From NCBI GenBank assembly GCA_031367385.1, contig JANLPS010000373.1, positions 18,650-82,649 on the forward strand: a stretch of 64,000 bases of DNA. Reading direction: 5' to 3'. This stretch comes from Archangium sp. (GTDB lineage: Bacteria > Myxococcota > Myxococcia > Myxococcales > Myxococcaceae). Position 1 is the stretch's first letter; the number at the start of each line of letters is the position of its first letter. The notes below the pieces were generated by a model, which saw only the letters and a program-made list of their open reading frames with translations, was not told where the DNA came from and ran no database searches. The translations under genes and the position numbers were made by a program. Shown one piece after another: positions 59,801 to 64,000 of this stretch.

Positions 59801-59965
59801 ACGCCGGGCGGTGCTCTGGCAGACCAACCCGCCCGGGCACTGCGCGTTCGTCTCGCAGTCGATGCTCGTGCCGAGCCCGCTGGCGCCATCGAAGCGACAG
59901 CCGATCAACACCGTGACCGCCCCTGCCACCCACCATGATCGCCTCACGCGTGACAGACCCCACAA
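56822..59965 (-). CDS. Large lipoprotein with Kelch/galactose-oxidase-type repeats
   Basis: LIGC lipobox; repeated (F/Y)GG...D(T/V/A)W.(W/Y)xGxxW blades. Confidence 0.82.
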   Translation of the reverse strand: MWGLSRVRRSWWVAGAVTVLIGCRFDGASGLGTSIDCETNAQCPGGLVCQSTARRCVKPDALDTVVPSVSQSTVSIRPHANNALDAPTAMGPRADAHLSLVISEALDGAPVVRALARGAVDPRVRCQLESQAPPAFDFICSTEAAPTGADAQVSWEVSLTDLALNSSTVLLGQTTKLDVTSPLAPLAVDAGIEVRESPWGDEQTARQPSTRIVAQPRVAPEAVRVAFRRGTALLGSTPVDDQGSFAAFEVLRAQSDSLIDVQAIDSAGNESPWEPIHDFIWIATFNNKIAGRLFPNPHRFEVTRAVAEGIEGHDVTERGAADGIAFSDGKRVEVEGAGSWRRLELTRAPEGRAGLPGTAFDPLRSRVVRFGGWEPSFALGSSVWEWSGVDWKPRASSDPEGDGNPAPRYLNPMTWDPKQRGIVMYGGSSDTPLNDTWLWNGVSWKRLPDGPGARTAAMLYFDEGQDAIILYGGYDEQLKPLTDAWRLDTDRWSKVAAPPIGTRLGAAVCAEPFTATVFVFGGTLSTETPLLWQNFKGQWLPSLVPGGPAPRLSTSCAWDSERGVLVVAGGQLADGGIADDVWEYDGTTWANRTPLSGPTPGPRAQHRLISDPARNMLLLFGADVGSTAPDTTWRWSGSEWSIAYQPTSAPPYVVTPNLVFDPKAGAMRTLSFDPLVGIEDAYLSARGWAARLTTPMPLGETHMVYDGANQRCLIATGSATVPTASIWRSEADGGWVRLSADAGFSAASMLDAAPTANGLDVVVQAANGQTQLISVSGTTGLPSAPVSLGPGTWASAAATPLGTAVLRSDFDLGILPTLSVVKNGVPTGQYVLPEPMVPNGLVADIERGTLLVPGGTRVGRISTETWEMRFDAGWSPVPIADPDSDGQPTFVPFPSLGYDSQAHAMVAIEVNQANPSTTWAFSLASQRPQIVLRFSLTDLPKDLESRDAQLLITGGASGGSAGSPPGFSVSIRAPGWWATTSIAADSPASAPSAIRVPLLVEGSQYVNIVAARLGEVDFLLEPLAPNGPDRARMTVDAVQFELRYRKP

Positions 59966-60173
59966 GACCGCCGAAAACGAACGCTCAACGCCAATCAGAT
60001 CAAATCAACGCGGGGCGTCGAAAAAAAAGTGAAGAGCCTCGGTTTTCACCGGCAGAGATTGCCATGATTTCGTTGCCTTTCTCGAGTTTCAGGAAAAGCC
60101 GCGAAGGTGGCAGAGGGTAGGCAATTGCGGATACCCTGCCCGCCTCGCAACGCATCCACCCTCTCGAGGCTCC

Positions 60174-62207
60174 ATGAGTATCGTCAATTCAAAGTCCCCC
60201 ATCGCGCCGAATCTCGCTGCTGCCCCCGCCGAAGATGCCCCGGCTTCTCCGGCCGCCGAAGTGCCCGCGCAACCCGCGCCCGAGACGAGAAAGCCGGCCA
60301 GCGGTTGGCAGAAGGTCGCGGCGCGAGTCAAAGACGGCGCGTTGACGCTGGCTTCGGCGCCGATCGCGGTGGTGAATGTGCCGAACGCCCGCTTGGGCAA
60401 CGCGTTGGCGAACCTCCATTTTCACGGCAACCTGACCGAGCAGATCGCGCTCAAGCACAGCGACCCGTTGGTGCAGAGCAACCCTGACCGCGCCGCCTCG
60501 CAGGGCATCACGTGGACGAAGGTCGGCATGGTCGCCGACGTGGGCGCGGTGTTGGGCGTGCTGGGTTTCGACGAGGGCGTGAAGGTGTCGGCCATTGTGC
60601 CGACCGCCAGCAAGGTGAGCGTCGGGAGCTTGCTCAAGCTGCCGATTGATCAGGCCAAGCTGATGACGCTCGACTTTCACCCCGACACCATCGCGAAGTA
60701 CCCCGCGGGCACCGAGTTTCACATCGCCAAGCACAAGACCTACAGCGGTGGCGCGGTCGCGCGCGGCGAAGGCAACTTCATGCAGCTGCACGCCGGCGGC
60801 GAGATCGGCGCAGAGGCCACGTGGGACAAGTCGGCCTATGCCAAGACGGTCACTGTGATGCCCGACCGGCAGCTCGGCGTTCGCATCGACAAGCAGAGCC
60901 GCATCGGCGCCTCGGTTGGCGCGGGTGCCCACGCCGGCTACGGCATCGTCGATGGTGACCGCCGCCCCAACGTGGGCGATTACCGAAACGAGCCCAACAA
61001 CGCGAACATCGTCTCGATGCACGTGGGCTCGGGCGCCAGCCGCACCACCAGCATTTCGCTCGGCGGCAACTTCGCCGTGGGCACCGACCCCGGCAAGGCT
61101 GGCTACGACTACGTGATGAAGGCCAACCCCGACAAGCTCGGCACCAACCCCAAGGCGGCCAAGCAGGCGCTCGAGAAGTACGGCATGACCGTCGCGTACT
61201 CAGAGAAGACCGTCGAGCACGGCTCAGACTTGAGCGCGTCGGTGCTGAAGACCGACCTGATCAACGTGCGCGGCCACTCGCGCAACACCGACGGCGTGCT
61301 CTACCAGGTGGTGCCCGGCACCGAGGGCAAGGTCATCGACGAGACCAAGCTCAGCGAGAAAGAGTACTCCAAGGGCTTGACCGGCAAGTTCATTGCTTGG
61401 TCTCACCGTAAGCACGAAGAGCGCGAGTCGGTCATTCGCATGGGTGAAGTGCAGGTCAATGGTGGACCTGCTGAGCGCGCGGCGTTGTTGTCGTTGACCG
61501 TGCGAGATCAAAAGACGAGCGCGGCCGAGAGCCAAGAAGCCGCCAACCTGGCGGCGGGCCTGGGCTTTAAGACTGATCAGCACGCCACCGGTGACAACGG
61601 CAAGAGCGAGTTCAAGCTGCAAATCGGTTTGACCAACGAGATGGTGCAGAAGCTCGACGGCTTGACCAAAGAGCAGTTTCGCGAAGCCATCAACACGGCC
61701 ATGGGCACCATCGACGGGCGCCCCCTGCCGTGGAACGACGAGTCACTTGCCAAAAAGAGCACCGCCTACTGGAACGAGAAGTTCAAAGACCCGATCACCG
61801 TCAAGGCGCGTTGGGCCGAGGCGCAGAGCGATCTCGCGAACCTCGACACCAACGGCATGAGCGAGATGAAGATCAAGCAGCAGTACGAGAGCTCGACCGG
61901 CCGCCACTACTACCGCGACATGGCGACCTTTCAGTCGGTCGAGGCTATCTCCGACGCCTTCGAAAAGGCGAAGGGCAAGCCGCTCGATGACCGTACGCAC
62001 TTCTTGAAGACCTTGGCCAAGCTGAGCGCGCCTGACTTGCGCTCGGTGCTGCTCGCGATGCGCACCACCGCGGGCGCGGGCATCGTGCAGTATGACTACA
62101 CCGGCAATGGCATGACCATTCACGCCACCCCCGAGACGAAGGCGCCGGCCACCGTGAAGCAGATCGTCGACAACGCCTTCAAGCAGGGCACCGACATCGA
62201 GCGCTGA
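60174..62207 (+). CDS. Hypothetical protein without signal peptide
   Basis: GAGG RBS, strong codon bias, followed by an intrinsic terminator. Confidence 0.8.
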   Translation: MSIVNSKSPIAPNLAAAPAEDAPASPAAEVPAQPAPETRKPASGWQKVAARVKDGALTLASAPIAVVNVPNARLGNALANLHFHGNLTEQIALKHSDPLVQSNPDRAASQGITWTKVGMVADVGAVLGVLGFDEGVKVSAIVPTASKVSVGSLLKLPIDQAKLMTLDFHPDTIAKYPAGTEFHIAKHKTYSGGAVARGEGNFMQLHAGGEIGAEATWDKSAYAKTVTVMPDRQLGVRIDKQSRIGASVGAGAHAGYGIVDGDRRPNVGDYRNEPNNANIVSMHVGSGASRTTSISLGGNFAVGTDPGKAGYDYVMKANPDKLGTNPKAAKQALEKYGMTVAYSEKTVEHGSDLSASVLKTDLINVRGHSRNTDGVLYQVVPGTEGKVIDETKLSEKEYSKGLTGKFIAWSHRKHEERESVIRMGEVQVNGGPAERAALLSLTVRDQKTSAAESQEAANLAAGLGFKTDQHATGDNGKSEFKLQIGLTNEMVQKLDGLTKEQFREAINTAMGTIDGRPLPWNDESLAKKSTAYWNEKFKDPITVKARWAEAQSDLANLDTNGMSEMKIKQQYESSTGRHYYRDMATFQSVEAISDAFEKAKGKPLDDRTHFLKTLAKLSAPDLRSVLLAMRTTAGAGIVQYDYTGNGMTIHATPETKAPATVKQIVDNAFKQGTDIER

Positions 62208-62233
62208 TCAGCCGCTCCTTGCGCTCACCCAGG

Positions 62234-62267
62234 CACCACCGACCCCTCAGAAGGTCGGTGGTGTTTT
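62234..62267 (+). terminator. Rho-independent terminator
   Basis: Stem CACCACCGACC/GGTCGGTGGTG followed by TTTT. Confidence 0.8.
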
Positions 62268-62405
62268 GCTGTCGGCCTCAAAAGTCTGAGACGTCACAGC
62301 CCCCAAGCGCCTTGATTTTACTTGGCTTTTGCTTGGCCCAACCCTCGCAATCGCCCGCCGGCGCGTAGGGCCGGTTGAGCAGCACCCACAGTTTCGAGGG
62401 TAATC

Positions 62406-64000
62406 ATGAAGACACACACCTGGGCATATCGATGGCGTTGGTTGGCACTGGCAGCGGGAGCGCTCGGCTCTCTGGGCATGGTTGGCTGCGGCAAAGCCAC
62501 CAAGATTCCCGAGCCGCAAGCGGTTCAAAAGCGCGTGGCGCTGACCGCCTTTCAGGGCGATGGCGCCTGCAAAGATCTCGAGAGCTACATCGAAGACACC
62601 GCGGTGCTGCAGATGCGCACCCAGCTCGAGGCCGCCCGTGATGGCGTGCCCGGGTGGGGGTGGTGGGGCGGGTGGGGCCGCCTCGGCCTCGAAGACGCGA
62701 GAGGTGCCGCGACGCCGACGGCAGGCGCGAGCTCAGCCGCTCCTTCGGCGTACACCACTACCAACAACCAGGTGGCCGGCGTCGACGAAGCCGACTTCGT
62801 GAAGAACGACGGCACGCGCATCTTCGCGCTGTCGGGCGAGCGTCTCTACGCCACCAAGAGCTGGCCCGCCGAGCAGACCGCGGTGCAAGGCTCGATTGAG
62901 ATCGAGGGTTGGCCGCAAGAGATGTTCTTGAAAGACAACACCGTCGTCGTCTTCTCGAGCATCTACCGCTGGTACCCGCTGGCGAATACCGCGGGCGTCA
63001 AGTGCGACTCGCTCGACTGCGGGTACTACAACGCCAACACCGTCAAAGTGACCGTGGTCGACGTGAGCGACCTGAGCAACTTGAAGACCCAGCAAGAATA
63101 CTTCGTGCCCGGCATGTACAGCTCGGCGCGCATGGTCGGCAGCTCGGTGCGCGTGGTGATGACCGACAACTTCAACTTCCCCGCCGGGTTCAAGTGGAGC
63201 CCTGATTGGGAAGAGAACCTGTGGAACGACAAGGCCCGCCTCGCCGCGGCCTACGACAAGATCATCGCCTCGAACGAAGCGCTGATTCGCCAGCAGACGA
63301 TGGCCGACTGGGCGCCTCCCGCGTTGCTCAAGAAGGGTGGCAGTGAAACGGTGGTGCCGCAGTCGTGCAGCTCGTTCGCGAAGGTGAACGCGCCCACCCG
63401 CCTGGGCACGGTGTCAGTGGTCACGCTCGACCTGAAGACCCCCGACGCGCTCGACAAGACCACCATTCTCGCCGAGCCCGGAGTCATCTACGCCTCGAGC
63501 AGCGCGCTCTACATTGCGACGCGGCACTGGTGGTGGTGGCCGGCGCCTGGTCAAGAAGACGTGACCTACGTGCACAAGTTCGACATCACCAACCCCAGCG
63601 CGGCCACCTACCTCACCTCGGGCACGGTCGAGGGCAGCATCATCGACCAGTTCTCGCTCGACGAGTACAAGGGCAACCTGCGCGTCGCTTCGACCCTGAC
63701 GACCCGCGTGGTTGATCAGCAGAACCCGCAGAACTGGTGGGGCAACATCGAGACCACCAACCGCGTCACGGTGTTGGGTGAGGTCGACGGGTATCTCGAC
63801 GTGATTGGCCAGTCGGCTGATCTGGCCAAAGGCGAGCGCATCACCTCGAGCCGCTTCATCAACGACAAGGGCTTCGTCGTCACCTACCGCCAGGTCGACC
63901 CGCTGTTCACCTTCGACCTCTCAGACCCGACCAACGTGAAGAAGGTCGGCGAGCTCACCATCCCCGGGTTTTCGACGTACATGCAGCCCATCGACGACAC
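62406..64000 (+). CDS. Secreted beta-propeller domain lipoprotein (Beta_propel type), 3'-truncated; absent from the ORF track because no stop lies in the window
   Basis: ATG 62406; MVGC lipobox; TTNNQVAGVDEADFVKNDG, DQFSLDEY.G.LRVAST, GERI.S.RF and QVDPLF..DL...GELTIPGFSTYMQP. Confidence 0.88.
   Translation, partial: MKTHTWAYRWRWLALAAGALGSLGMVGCGKATKIPEPQAVQKRVALTAFQGDGACKDLESYIEDTAVLQMRTQLEAARDGVPGWGWWGGWGRLGLEDARGAATPTAGASSAAPSAYTTTNNQVAGVDEADFVKNDGTRIFALSGERLYATKSWPAEQTAVQGSIEIEGWPQEMFLKDNTVVVFSSIYRWYPLANTAGVKCDSLDCGYYNANTVKVTVVDVSDLSNLKTQQEYFVPGMYSSARMVGSSVRVVMTDNFNFPAGFKWSPDWEENLWNDKARLAAAYDKIIASNEALIRQQTMADWAPPALLKKGGSETVVPQSCSSFAKVNAPTRLGTVSVVTLDLKTPDALDKTTILAEPGVIYASSSALYIATRHWWWWPAPGQEDVTYVHKFDITNPSAATYLTSGTVEGSIIDQFSLDEYKGNLRVASTLTTRVVDQQNPQNWWGNIETTNRVTVLGEVDGYLDVIGQSADLAKGERITSSRFINDKGFVVTYRQVDPLFTFDLSDPTNVKKVGELTIPGFSTYMQPIDD

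Noticed and set aside
1..64000. tRNA, rRNA, IS/transposase, integrase or prophage genes
   Set aside because: No recognisable motifs seen by eye; a covariance-model scan would be needed to exclude small RNAs.

Overview
High-GC DNA whose gene content points to a myxobacterium (Myxococcota). The signs are four Ser/Thr kinase genes, an FHA-sigma54 enhancer-binding protein, a MYXO-CTERM protein, DifC/DifD-like chemosensory genes and many Cys-rich lipoproteins with DAG-repeat linkers. I count about 50 genes and saw no rRNA, tRNA, CRISPR array or transposase. Most notable: (1) an intact-looking class I lanthipeptide lanB-lanC pair with no adjacent precursor, transporter or protease, whose LanC has CCG instead of CHG; (2) a cobalamin riboswitch upstream of two uncharacterised lipoproteins, one BtuH-like, with no btuB/btuFCD in the window; (3) a 4 x ~108 bp tandem array that repeats the stop/start junction between a kinase and a sigma54 activator while keeping translational coupling; (4) a kinase-TPR gene frameshifted exactly at an 8-bp tandem repeat; (5) a difC-difD pair detached from difA/difE; (6) a lipoprotein/beta-barrel/hydrolase cassette whose lipoprotein may be circularly permuted; (7) a cluster of deletion-eroded pseudogenes at 8.7-14 kb. 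All family assignments come from motif recognition by eye; no database searches were run.
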